This document shows, in pieces, positions 52,451 through 64,000 of a DNA stretch of 64,000 nt (positions within the stretch are counted from its first letter, which is position 1; every line of letters begins with the position of its first letter). Made by a program: the position numbers and the translations under genes. The DNA is from Octopus sinensis. Taxonomy: Eukaryota. Location: positions 61,876,001-61,940,000 of the forward strand of contig NC_043009.1 of NCBI RefSeq assembly GCF_006345805.1, in the 5' to 3' direction. The notes under the pieces are model-generated. The model was not told the DNA's origin. It was given only the letters and a program-made list of their open reading frames with translations, and ran no database searches.

Positions 52451-52665
52451 TACCGTGTTTGATGGTATCAATGACTCACAAGTAATTAGACACGCTTCAA
52501 GTTCAGCAACGCATATTCAGGCCAAAAAAAAAAGTTTCTAGTGTATTAAAGCTTATGGAAGGCCCAACTTCCCATATAGAACCGGGGGTGATTAAATAAC
52601 ATTTTTTTTTTTTAGATATCTTTTAGGAAGAAACAAGGGCGTCTTTTATGCCATCAAATAGGGTA
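52451..52665. mobile_element. pogo/Tigger-like MITE with TA ends
   Basis: Left end TACCGTGTTTGATGGTATCAATGACTC matches the reverse complement of the right end, TACCCTATTTGATGGCATAAAAGACGC. Confidence 0.65.
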
Positions 52666-52989
52666 TATGTTTATTCTTGTAAAATATTTAGAATGTTTCT
52701 GTTAAGTAAAACGTTTAAATTCTCTAAACAGTATGGGGGATAATAATGTTTCTATATCGAGAGGTAGGAATTCTGTGATCATCATCACAGCTATGATAGG
52801 TATTGCTTTTCAAACCCGTATTCTGCAAGGATTATGATTCAAGCTTTAACTGAGATGTGAAATATTCTCCATGATGATGACGACGGTGATGGTGAAGATG
52901 ATAATGGAAGTTGCAGCTTGCTCGGTATCATTGTGGTGAGAACTTTGCAGGAATTTTCAGGAATGTAATCTTCCATACGCACTACCACT

Positions 52990-53600
52990 ACTGATTTTCA
53001 CATTGTGGCACATGGCCAGAAATTTTGAAGAGAGGGGCGTTTAGTTGATTACATCAACTGCAGTGCTCAGCTGGTACTTATTTTATCGATCCTGAAACGA
53101 GGAAAGTCGACCTCAGTGGAATTTGAACTTTGAATGTTAAGAGCCAGAAGGAATGCTGCTAAGCATTTTGTCCAAATAGCTAACAACTCTACTAGCATTC
53201 TGTTTTAGTAATAAAAATAATAATCCTTTCTATTATGGGGGAGGGGGCCAGTCGATTAGATTGACCCCAGTACACAACTGATACTTAATTTATTAACCCT
53301 GAAAGGATGAAAGACAAAGTCGACCTCAGTGGAATTTGAATTCAGAACACAGCGGCAGACAAAATGCCGCTAAGCATTTCACCTGGCGTGCTAATGATTC
53401 TGCCAGCTCACCACCTGAATAATAACAATAATAATGGTGTAACGTTTTGGCACAAGGCCAGCAATTTTAGGAGTGTGGCTAAGTCATTGACCCCAATGCA
53501 CTTATTTTATGAACGCCAAAAGTCAACCTCTGCAGGATTTGAACTGAAAAACACGAAGAGATGGTACAATTGGTGCAAGGCATTTGTCAGCTGTACTTAT
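52990..53600 (-). mobile_element. Head-to-tail array of 3 SINE family B copies
   Basis: Repeated AAAGTCGACCTCAGTGGAATTTGAA units. Confidence 0.8.
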
Positions 53601-54269
53601 AGTAATGCAAAGTAAAGGGAAGATTTATTTTCAATTAAATACCTTGTTGTATTTCAACATTGTCATCATCATTGTCAACATCATCATCATCGTCATGATT
53701 AATTAGTATAAGAACAGTCATCCATACTTCCTCTTACACAACTTAGATGTAGTGTGTCAAAACATTATGCAGTTCTTGTAACTTATTCACAGAAAGCTCT
53801 TTATGAAGTGTATGTATGAGTGTGTGTGTGTATGTGTATGTGTGAGAGAGAGCGTGAAAGAGAATGCCTGTATACCTTCCTGGCATTTCTACTTTCTCTT
53901 CTGAAAAAGTTGTTAATGTTAAAACGTAAATAACATAGTTTTGTGTGGCATTTTTATCATAATAAACATGGTAGTTACCATTTAGAAATATTTTAACTGC
54001 ACCGATAATGCTAACTGCTTGAATATGGAACCTTAGAATTATTGGGGAGAAAGGAAATGTGAGTAATAATAATGGTGATGATGATGATGAATTAGTAAGA
54101 GATAAATATTTTGCCAAGAGATTGAATGTAATGCTTTCAATGGAGTATGAATTCTTGGTTCTTGTAGAGAAATACAGGTACCTAATTAAAATTGCTTCCT
54201 TCAATTGCAGCAGCATGTAACATCACTATCATCTCTATCCATTTATAATAATAATGATAATATAATAAA

Positions 54270-56060
54270 TATCCTTTCTACTAAAGGCACATGGCCTGAA
54301 ATTTTGGGGGAGGGGACTAGTCAATTACATCGACCCCAATATTCAACTGGTACTTAATTTATCGACTCCGAAAGAATGAAAGACAAACTCAGCCTCAGTG
54401 GAATTTGAACTCAGAATGTGAAGACAGATGAAATAATACTAATGGTTCTTTCTAACGTTGGCACAATTTTAAGGGTAATTATTAGTCAATTACACTGGCC
54501 CCAGTGTTCAACTGGTACTTATTTTATTAGCCTTGAACAGATGAAAGGCAAAGGTGACTTTGGTAGAATTTGAACCTGAAATGTAAATTTGAACCCAGAA
54601 TGTAAAGATGGATGAAATGCCACTAAGCGTTTTGTTTGGCATGCTAACGATTCTGCCAGATCACTGCCTTAGATGATGATGATGAGGATGATGATGATAA
54701 TAATAATAATGATGATTATTGTTGTTGTTAATGTTTCTAATATAGACACTAGGCCGGAAATTTGTGTGGAGAGTGTTACTTAATTAGATTTACCAAGTAC
54801 TTGACTGGTACTTTATTTTATTGACCCTGAAAGGCTGAAAGATAAAGTCAACTTTACCCTTAAAATTACTGTATATAATTTAGATACAAAGTCAGTAATT
54901 TTGAGAGGAGGAGCTAGTCAATTACATTGGGCCCAGCACTTGACTGGTACTTTATTTTATTGACCCTGGAGGGAGGAAAAACAAGGCTTCAAGTCAGAAC
55001 ATGAAGGGTCAGAATAAGCACCATAAAGTATTTTGTCCAACACTGTAATGATTCTGTCAACCCACCATCCTCAAATTGTTTCTAAATTAAGCATAAAGCC
55101 AACAGTTTTGAAGCTTAAGGGTTTAGTTCATATCATAACTAGTTTATCAACTTTGATGAAATGAAAAGCAAAATTGTCTTCAGCAGAATTTGAACCCAGA
55201 ACTGTCAGGCTTTTTTTTTTCCAATGCTGTAATCATTTTGCCAGCTTGTCTTAATCATAATCATAGTAGTAATAATTTTTATTTTCGCTTCCTCTATTGG
55301 TACAAGGACTGAAATTTTGAGGGAGTGAGCTAGTCCTTTGACCCCAGTGCTCAACTGCTACGTGTTTCTTTGACCCCAAAAGGATAGAATGCAAAATCAG
55401 TCTAATATTGCCTTACATCCATCCTTTCAGTGTTGATAAAATAAGTACTATTCATGTACTGGGGGTGATGTAATCAACTTACACCCCATTCCATCAAAAT
55501 TGCTGGCATTGTACCAAAAGTAGATAGAATTATCATTATTATTATTTATTTTTTTTAGTCTTGCAAGTATTTGGTGACCCTGTCAGTGCAAGTGCCACTT
55601 AAAAAGCACCCAGTTCACACTATAAAGTGGTTGGTGTTTGGAAGGGCATCCAGCTGTAAAAACCTTGCCAAAACTGATCTCGCCTGTGCCATGTAAAAAG
55701 CATGAATCGTTGGTGTTAAGAAGGGCATCACAGAAGTCTGGTGCAGACTTCTGCCTGGCCGGCTCTTGTGAAACCATCCCATCCATGCTAGCATGGAAGG
55801 CAGATGTTAAACGATGACGATGATGATGATGATTAATGCAGTGAACAGGTAGAATCATTAGCAAGCCAGATAAAATGCTTGGCAGCATTTTGTAATCTAC
55901 CTTTACATTCTGAGTTCAAATTCTGCTGGGGTCAGCTTTGCTTTTCATCTTTTCAGAGTCAGTAAAATAAATACCAGTTAATCACTGGAGTCAATGATAT
56001 TGACTACATCATCCCACAAAATTTCAAGCTTTGTGTCTATAGCAGAAAGGATTCTTGTTG
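54270..56060. mobile_element. Array of ~6 minus-strand SINE B copies, then plus-strand SINE B copies and an RTE 3' end (55580-55835)
   Basis: Repeated CCCCAG...ACTGGTACTT...GAAAG...GAATTTGAAC units; orientation switches at ~55400. Confidence 0.75.
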
Positions 56061-57094
56061 TTGAAAGAATTTTTTACTGAAGCCCAAAGAAAGATTCAAG
56101 TCCAGAAGATAGCCTGTGAGATGTGGTGACAACTATTCCTTTCTCAAAAATATTCATGATATAAAAAAAAAAGGGAGTGAAATATTCCCAATAGGAATTG
56201 AATCCACAGTCAGTTCACCAAGTATTTAACCCAATGCCTTACTACTATCTATACCAACTTAACAACTGTTGATATCAGTTTGCTGTATGCCCCAACTTTT
56301 CCACTCTCTACACCTATACCAACTGGTTGCTGCCTACACCAACTTACTACTGCCCACACTAACTTGCTACTGTTGACATCAACATTCTACAGTGTACACC
56401 TGTACCAACTTTCAACACTTTACATTAACTTTTTATACCAACTCAGTAGAATTTCTACCCTCTTAGAACTGTCTCTACCCAAGCATAATCCTGTCTATAC
56501 AAACTTGCTAATGTCAACCCCGTCTCAACTGGGGCTCATTATGGCCTTTGGGAGTCCATATAAGAGTTTGTCGTTAAAATTTATGTGCAATAAACTTGTT
56601 ATACTTCTACAATACACTAAGTATTTTAATTCTTTTCTATACAATTCCTAAAAATACTTAATTATAAAAATATAATAACAGGATATTTTGCTACATATTT
56701 TATCAACCCCGAACAGGCGAAAGGCAAAGTCGATCTCAGTGGAATTTGAACTTAGAACATAAAGATGGATGAAATGCCACTAAGTATTATGCCTGGCATT
56801 CTAACGATCCTGCCAGCTTGCTGCATCCCTATTTTACTGCAAGAATGATAAAGATTTTGTACAAATTTTCAAAATTCTCTACATGTTTTCCTTATCATTT
56901 TTATTCTTAATTTAGTGTAATGATAAAAGTATATGGTGACTTTGCTATCTATTCTTATGGGGATGGATGGGTGTCATTAAAATAAGCACCAGTTCAGTAA
57001 GGTGGTAGGGGTCAATTTAATCTAATGTACTTTCCTCAAAGTTTGTTGTCTTCAGCTTGTCTTACAATAATAAAATGAAAAAATGATTTTAATG

Positions 57095-57425
57095 TTATTG
57101 GTCATGTGGTTAAAATGTTTGCTTTATAACTTTGTAGTTTGGGATTCAATCCCACTATTCAGCACCTTGGGCAAATGTCCTCTACTATAGCTGCCTTGTG
57201 GATGACTGTGGTAGACAGAAACTGTGGAAGCTTATTGTGTGTGTGTGTACATGTGCGCATGTGTCTTTGAATTTATATTGGTTTCTTTACACACCTCATA
57301 ACTTAGCATTTCAGTAAAAAGGTATCAATAGAGTACGTACTGGACTTAAAGTAAGTGCAATGGTCAATTTAATTGGCAACACCCAGTGTGGCTGCAGTCC
57401 AATGACTGAAACAAATAAAAGAATG
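57095..57425 (+). mobile_element. Degenerate SINE family A copy
   Basis: ACCTTGGGCAAATGTC...GGTAGACAGAAACTG...AATGACTGAAACAA. Confidence 0.7.
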
Positions 57426-59377
57426 GGTTATAAGAATTGGTAGTGCACATTTCTGACTCTCTATATACTGAGTTCAAATTCTGCCAAAATCAACTCTAGT
57501 CTTTGTTCTTCCAAGGTCATTAAAAGAAAATAGCAGTTGAGTACTGTGGTTGATTTAATCAACTGACCCATCTCCCCAAATATCTAGCTTTGTATCTTTA
57601 TGAGAATTTTGTCAGTATTATATACTTCAATTGTTTTTAGTTCAAATTTTTTTATCCCGTTATTTAGGGGGTTCAATAAAATTATTTCTAATATAAATAT
57701 TAAGTTTTGATTTCATCAGTTTTATTGTCACTGATAATGACCTAGTAACTGATTAAAATAAATCATTAAGATACTGACATAACACAAACATGGTGATTTT
57801 GAAGAAATTATACACTACTAGTGTAAATACTTCTTTGTTTTTCTATGTCGCAAATTCAAATTTTGCCAAGGTCAACTTGGTCTTTACTCCCCTCTTGGTT
57901 GGTCAAAAAATACTATTAATACACCACGGTTTGATTCAGTAGGCTCTATACACTTTCTTTGCAATAATTTGACCTCATGCTTAATGAAAAAAGATTGTTT
58001 TATTATAACCAGAAGAACTTCCTTATTTGTCTAATAAGGAAAGGCATGCATATCACAGCAACCTATATAGCTTTAAGAAGCCATATTAATCTGTAATGAA
58101 TCGTTATTTGATTTAGTTTCACTTTTATGAAGCCATAAATGTGATTAGAGTAAAAAAACTGTTTAAGAAAGTTATTTAAACATCGAAGAAATTTCAACAA
58201 ACATGAAAAAAATCTACACTTTATGTAAAAATGGGGGGAAAAAATGAAAAACTTAAAGGGAAAACGAACTATAAAAAAAGGCAAAGAAAGAAATTTTCCT
58301 TACTTCCTGTTAACCTTCACATGTAACAGTTAGCAGTAGTAGTATTTAGAATTGGTAAAAATATCTAGAAACTATGAATTATTTCTAAAAATGTTGCTTA
58401 ACTTTCGCCAAGACTAGAACTTGTAACCATTAACAAATTCAACAGTTAAAAATTAATTCACACACACAATGACAACAACAACAACAAAACCCAACCAAAC
58501 TTTCGACAAAAGAGTATCTCCCCCCCCTCCATGCTTTAACATTTATTTTTGTATCGTTTCTTTCGGGGTGTGTGGAGATTAGAAAATTTATCTTTTTTCT
58601 CAATTACTGTCAGAAAATGCGTACACCGATGCTAATGCACATATGCACACTCCATTTTGTTAAACACACACACGCACTCTCTCTCTCTCTCTCTCTCTCT
58701 CATAGGCACATGCACACATTCTTCCATACTACTTAGTCAGACACACAGAGGGATATATGTGTGTATATATATATATATGTATGTATGTTTGTATGTGTGT
58801 GTGTATATATATATATGTATGTATATCCCGTTCTCTCTCTGTCTCCCCTACCTTTCTCTTTTTCTCTCTCTCTCTCTCTCCCTCTCTCATACACACGTAG
58901 ACACGCGCACACAGACCATCCTAAGAGATTTCAGCTGTTGTTATTGAAGCCACATGTAAGGTCCAGTTTGCCGACTGCCATTCTGCGAAAAACGTCTGTA
59001 TTTAAAATAGATGGAACACCCAAAAACTTACCTGCTCACTCCCCCCGTCCCCCCCACCCTGCCTTCACAAAATACTCCCCGAGTGTAGATAAAATCATTA
59101 ATTACAAAAAAAAAAAAAAGCCCCAAAAGACAAACAAAGAAAAACAAAAAAACCCCAAAAAACTGATAAACTTTTATAAAACTTTTGGACAAATGTGTGT
59201 ATGTAGGTATTTACCTTGTTCAGCAGACTCATTATTGATTCTACTGACAGCTTGTTCAAATCTGGTGTAGAAATGGTGAGCGCAGCCCTTCATGATATGT
59301 GCCATACGCGCATACACACACACACACACACATATACAAACATGTGTATGTGAGAGAGTGAGCGTGTGTGTGCATGT

Positions 59378-59423
<46 letters not shown>

Positions 59424-59727
59424 CTAACTAGCTAGATAAATGTATGCATACACATATGGGTTCCTATATATATGTCTGTGTATATATATATGTATATATG
59501 TATGTATACATATCCATACATACACACTCACATGTGTGTGTGTGTATACGTGGCATTGTGCTGCGTTTGAAGCCTGATTTCCTGCACCGTTCCTCTGAAT
59601 AATATTTCTCTCTCTGTCCTTTCAACTGTTTCTCTGAGGACATTGCCCCATCTAACTGTAGTAAGATATTTCACACTAGCTAGCTGCTGTCCCATTGAAC
59701 TACTTTGTCACTGCTATTTAATTTAGC

Positions 59728-59759
<32 letters not shown>

Positions 59760-60049
59760 CCAACCAACCAACCAACAAAATATTTCTTGCCTGTTTCCTA
59801 TTGCCATCACATCATATACATGCAGACATCCCACACTCACCCATTCTCTCACACTCACTCACTCTCTCTCTCTTTCTCTCTTTCTCCATATAATTGTTGA
59901 AGTGTTGGAATATAATTGTGTGTGTGTGTGAGTGAGCTACCACTTCATATCATTAGTGGTTGTACACTCTGTACAAATAATAGCACCAAAAGCCTTCCAT
60001 CTCTCAGATAACACAGGCAGGTTTACTGTTCTCGTAGTGTTTGCATCTT

Positions 60050-60385
60050 TTAGCTTCTACTTGTTTCAGTCATTAGACTGTGGCCATGCTGGGGCATAGT
60101 GCTGAAGAATTTTTGGTCAAACAAATTGAGCCCAAGTAGTTATTCAATGTCACTTCTGCCAAACCGTTAAGTTATGAAGACACAAACACACCAACACCAG
60201 TTGTCAAGCAGCAGTGGTGACAAACACAGATACAAACATGCATGCACACAACAGGCTTCTTTCTGTTTCCATCTACCAAATCTACCCACAAGGCTTTGGT
60301 TGAAGACACTTGCTTAAGGTTAACAGGAAATGGAACTGAACCCTGAGCCATGTGGTTGGACAGCAAACTTCTTACTTCAGAGCCA
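60050..60385 (-). mobile_element. SINE family A copy
   Basis: Reverse complement of family A. Confidence 0.75.
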
Positions 60386-61109
60386 TCTGTGTATGTTTGT
60401 GTGTGTGTGTGTGTGTGTGTGTGCACGTATAGTATTGTGGTTAAGCAGTTCAGTCTGTTACTATGTGGTTCTGGGTTCAATCCTACTATACAGGAGCCTG
60501 TTTTATATATGTGTATATATCTGTATGTGTTTGTGTCATTATGTTCGTTAGTGAAAACTTTTATCAATACCTGAAATCAGTAAAAGATACTGCTCCCCCA
60601 CCTCTCTCTCTCTCTCTTTCTTTCTAATCTCGAGTAGATATTACCTAGAACCAACATGCTAAATCCCATCCATTTTAATCCATTTAAAAATCCTACCATC
60701 CCATCATTTTATAGGCACTATCGTTTATCTTTAAAACTTTTACTTCACTTTCGTTTTCATATGATGCAGCATTTTGTGAAACTTTTGATAGATTGCTTCT
60801 GAATAGTTAAGAGAAAAATAGCAGGGCCTGTGATTTTCGTAGGTCCTTACAGATTGGTAAGAATGACACAAATAATGCCCATCCTGAATATTTGCAGGTT
60901 ATACATACTGGATAAACTTGGGTCACATCTGGTGTGCAAGTTCTCAACAAAGTGAACTCTGCTAAAGATGCTCAAGAAGGACTAGGCTGTGAACCTTTAA
61001 CCCTTTGGCTCCACAGATTGCTTAAATTTGGGCTCTTTGGATTTTTAGGGCTTCCTTTATGTATTTTGTCTCACAGTTCACTTTGTGTGTGTGATTCTTT
61101 AAACTGTTT

Positions 61110-61560
61110 TGTAAGGCAAGGCAACTTCCCAGTTACATGTTTTCAAGTTCAGTCCCACCGTGTGGTACCTTGGCCTTGGGCAAGTCTCTTTTACTATTGC
61201 CTTTAGGCTGAATAAAGCTTTGTGAATGGATTTCATTGATGGAAATGGAAAGAAGCCTGTCGTGTGTGTTCTTGGCATTGCATGACAGTTGTAAATGAAT
61301 GTCACTGTCATAGAGGCAGTGTCTTTCATTTCCAATATTCTACCCTCTTCCCCAAACTTTCTAGCCTTGTGCCAGAATTTGAAACCAATATTCTGCAAAA
61401 ACATGTCTGGCCATGGGGAAACATTATCCTGCTTGGAAACAAGTGAGGGTTAGTAACAGGAAAAGCATCCAGCTGTTAAAAACTTGCCTCTATGAACTCT
61501 GTCTAATCCATGCTAGCATGGAAAAGAGGACGTTAAAACGACGACGATGATAATAATGAT
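61110..61560 (+). mobile_element. SINE with a family A head and an RTE-like 3' tail
   Basis: GTTCAGTCCCACCGTGTGGTACCTTGG head; ends GCATCCAGCTG...CATGCTAGCATGGAAAAGAGGACGTTAAAACGACGACGATG, like the RTE 3' ends. Confidence 0.65.
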
Positions 61561-62936
61561 ATTCTATGCTTACATAAGTGGTAGAGTGATGGTGGAGCAA
61601 AGATTTTTACAGTTGGTTGTCTTTTCTACCACTTACCATTCAACCAGGAAGTAAGATGAGAATCAGTTTTTTAAAAAAATCTATCAGAATAGTGGATATG
61701 AAACCTACAAGTTTATGGACAAACAGAAAAATTTAACCTAAAACTGACAAATAGAAGTTTGTAACAAGATTAAATAATAACTATATTGTAGACCTCAAGG
61801 TTCAAAAACAGCAAAAAAAACCCAAAAAAACAAGATAAAAATCCTCTTACCCTCTGAGGTCTCATCAATCACTTAATTCCAACAGTTGTAATAGAACTGT
61901 ATCAGTAACCAATTCGCAGAAGTGCACTGGAAATTTTTGATACCAAGAAATAAATATAAAATAAACACACCTCAGGTTTATGTGTGTTCTTTAAATGTCT
62001 AAAATGGCTCTTCCACAGTGTAATTGCTTCGGTTTCAATATAATGGTTTGAGATCAAGTTGCTTGCCAACAATTGTGAAGTAAACTGTTTTATTAACACT
62101 GCAGTTCTATGGCTTTTCAAATTTGTTAAATTTAATCAATACAGTGTTTCAAAATAACCTCAAGCACCTCTTTAATACATACACGCTTGTGCACACACAC
62201 ACACCCACACACACATGCACATCCACACCCACACACATCCACACCCACACACATCCACCCACACACAGAGTCCTTGTCTTGTGAATGAATTTGATAGTTG
62301 AAAATGAGCAGATGCGTACCATACATGTGTGCGTGTGTTTTTCATTTCTTGATGATTAGTGTTGGTTTGTTTGCATCCCTGAATAATAGCAGTCAAGCAA
62401 AAAGAAACCAAACATAAATGTAAGAACTGGAGGTGGTTTAATTGACTAAATCCTTCAAAGTAGGACCTCACAATGGCTGCGGTCCAGTGACTAAAGCAAG
62501 TAAAAGAGAGTGTGTGTGTGTGTGTCTTCACACATACTGTCACACATTCTCTCTCTTTATATATCATGATGTTGATATATCAGATGGTGTTATACATCAC
62601 TGGTCACAATGTGCTTTGCATTGTCTTAGATTTCGAATGATGCTACCCTGCTGGCTAGGTGAGCAGGCCAACATTCCCCACTTAATCAGAAGGCTAATCC
62701 ATCATATACCCATCTACAGCTGAGTGGACTGAACAACAGGAAATAAAGTGCTTTGCTCAAGAACACAACACGCTGCTTGGTCCAGGAATCGAACCCACAG
62801 TCTTGTGTGTGTGAGTGCAATGGGGATCTCAAGAACTCAAATATGTGTCCACTGCATCTTATAGCAGAAATAGCTATAAGCTAATGAGGTTCACTTAAGA
62901 TAATCATTTATTCCTTTGTCATCTTATTTTCTTTTA

Positions 62937-62984
<48 letters not shown>

Positions 62985-62987
<3 letters not shown>

Positions 62988-63210
62988 TTCAAAATCTGAC
63001 CGCATGTGTATTGTTGGCAATTTTCTTTCCTCTGTCTTCCCTTCCTAGGATCTTTCCTTTTCCTATGTTTCTGACGAAGAGCTCTGCTTGAAACATTAAA
63101 TTCTCCTTCTTTCTTTCCTTTCCTGAGCGTCCAATAACACTATACTTGTTCCATGTCCTCGCGTTGTGTTTTCTCTTTGTGTTTTCATGTTTGGATTAAC
63201 TTTATATATA
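62985..63210 (+). mobile_element. Probable Penelope-like element terminal-repeat fragment between (TA)n runs
   Basis: Pyrimidine-rich, (TA)n-flanked, and contains the hammerhead-like core CTGACGA-stem-GAAA. Confidence 0.45.
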
Positions 63211-63529
63211 TATTAATTTGTAGTGTTGGAGCACCACTGAAAAGCTTCTTGTTTGTATAATGAATAAAAGTGGTGGGTGGGGGACACTTGTGCCTGGTTT
63301 TCAGAATATTTAGAGGAAGAACCTTGGAAACTGATAAAACGCTTGTCATTTATACACTGCTTCTACTGTGATTCCTACGTGTATTCAGTAGCTGTTTACA
63401 GTCAAGTGGACTGAGTCATTGAGGTTGAATGTCTTTCTCAGGCACAGTGCTAAAAATTTTGAGGCTATACTTTTGATTTGGCCAACTGTGCTGCTGTGAT
63501 TACTAATTAACAATCTGATTGGAGCTAAT

Positions 63530-64000
63530 GACCCTCATAGAGGTAATGACAAGTGACCGAGACCTTTGGAAATATGCTGTGCTTCAGAAGACTCAGCAAG
63601 CCAAGTGAGACTGTAGCCATGGCCTATGCCAGTGTTGCATAACCGGCCCATTTAAGAGTATCCTTCAGTCGTTGGGCAACATACTGTGCTTGAGAAGACC
63701 TGTTGAGTCAAGTGAAGTCATTGTTGTGGCCGATGCCAATACCACCTGACTACGTAAAAAGCACCATTTGAGCATGGTTGATGCCAGTTCCCCCTGACTG
63801 GTTCCTGTGCCAGTGGCATGTAAAAAACACCATTCGAGCATGGTCATTGCCTGTGCCCCCTGACTGACTTCCATGCCGGTGGCACATAAAAAGCACCATT
63901 CCAGCGTGGTCAATGCCAGTGGCACATAAAAGGCACCCACTGCACTCGAAGTGGTTGGCGTTAGGAATGGCATCCAGCTGTAGAAACCATGCCAGATCAG
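63530..64000 (+). mobile_element. RTE LINE 3' end with an internal ~60-bp tandem repeat
   Basis: MTSDRDLWKYAVLQKTQ (RTE C-terminus), then TAAAAAGCACCATT.GAGCATGGT..ATGCCAGT repeated 3-4 times, then the conserved tail. Confidence 0.85.

Overview
AT-rich, repeat-dense eukaryotic genomic DNA. The SINE/RTE repertoire and the (TA)n/(TG)n/(CA)n load look like a coleoid cephalopod, probably Octopus; this is inference. I found no intact protein-coding gene. The ORF track is mostly microsatellite noise, plus frameshifted remnants of an L1/Tx1-type LINE, an RLE-type (R4/NeSL-like) LINE, RTE LINEs and Tc1/mariner transposases. The main functional content is invisible in the ORF track: two conserved muscle microRNA hairpins on the minus strand, miR-1 (pre-miRNA ~43726-43785) and miR-133 (~20090-20154). 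They lie in the usual miR-1 then miR-133 order, about 23.6 kb apart, and each has a correctly placed downstream CNNC motif. Just upstream of miR-1 there is a TATA box 30 nt before an Inr-like element, with E-box and CArG-like motifs. A consensus splice donor lies just downstream, suggesting miR-1 sits in the first exon of a spliced non-coding host transcript. The rest is SINEs (some in head-to-tail arrays), MITEs, a Helentron-like HINE, inverted repeat pairs and satellites. The miR-1/133 cluster is a known system; the promoter/exon model, the internal regulatory island and the extra hairpins are hypotheses.
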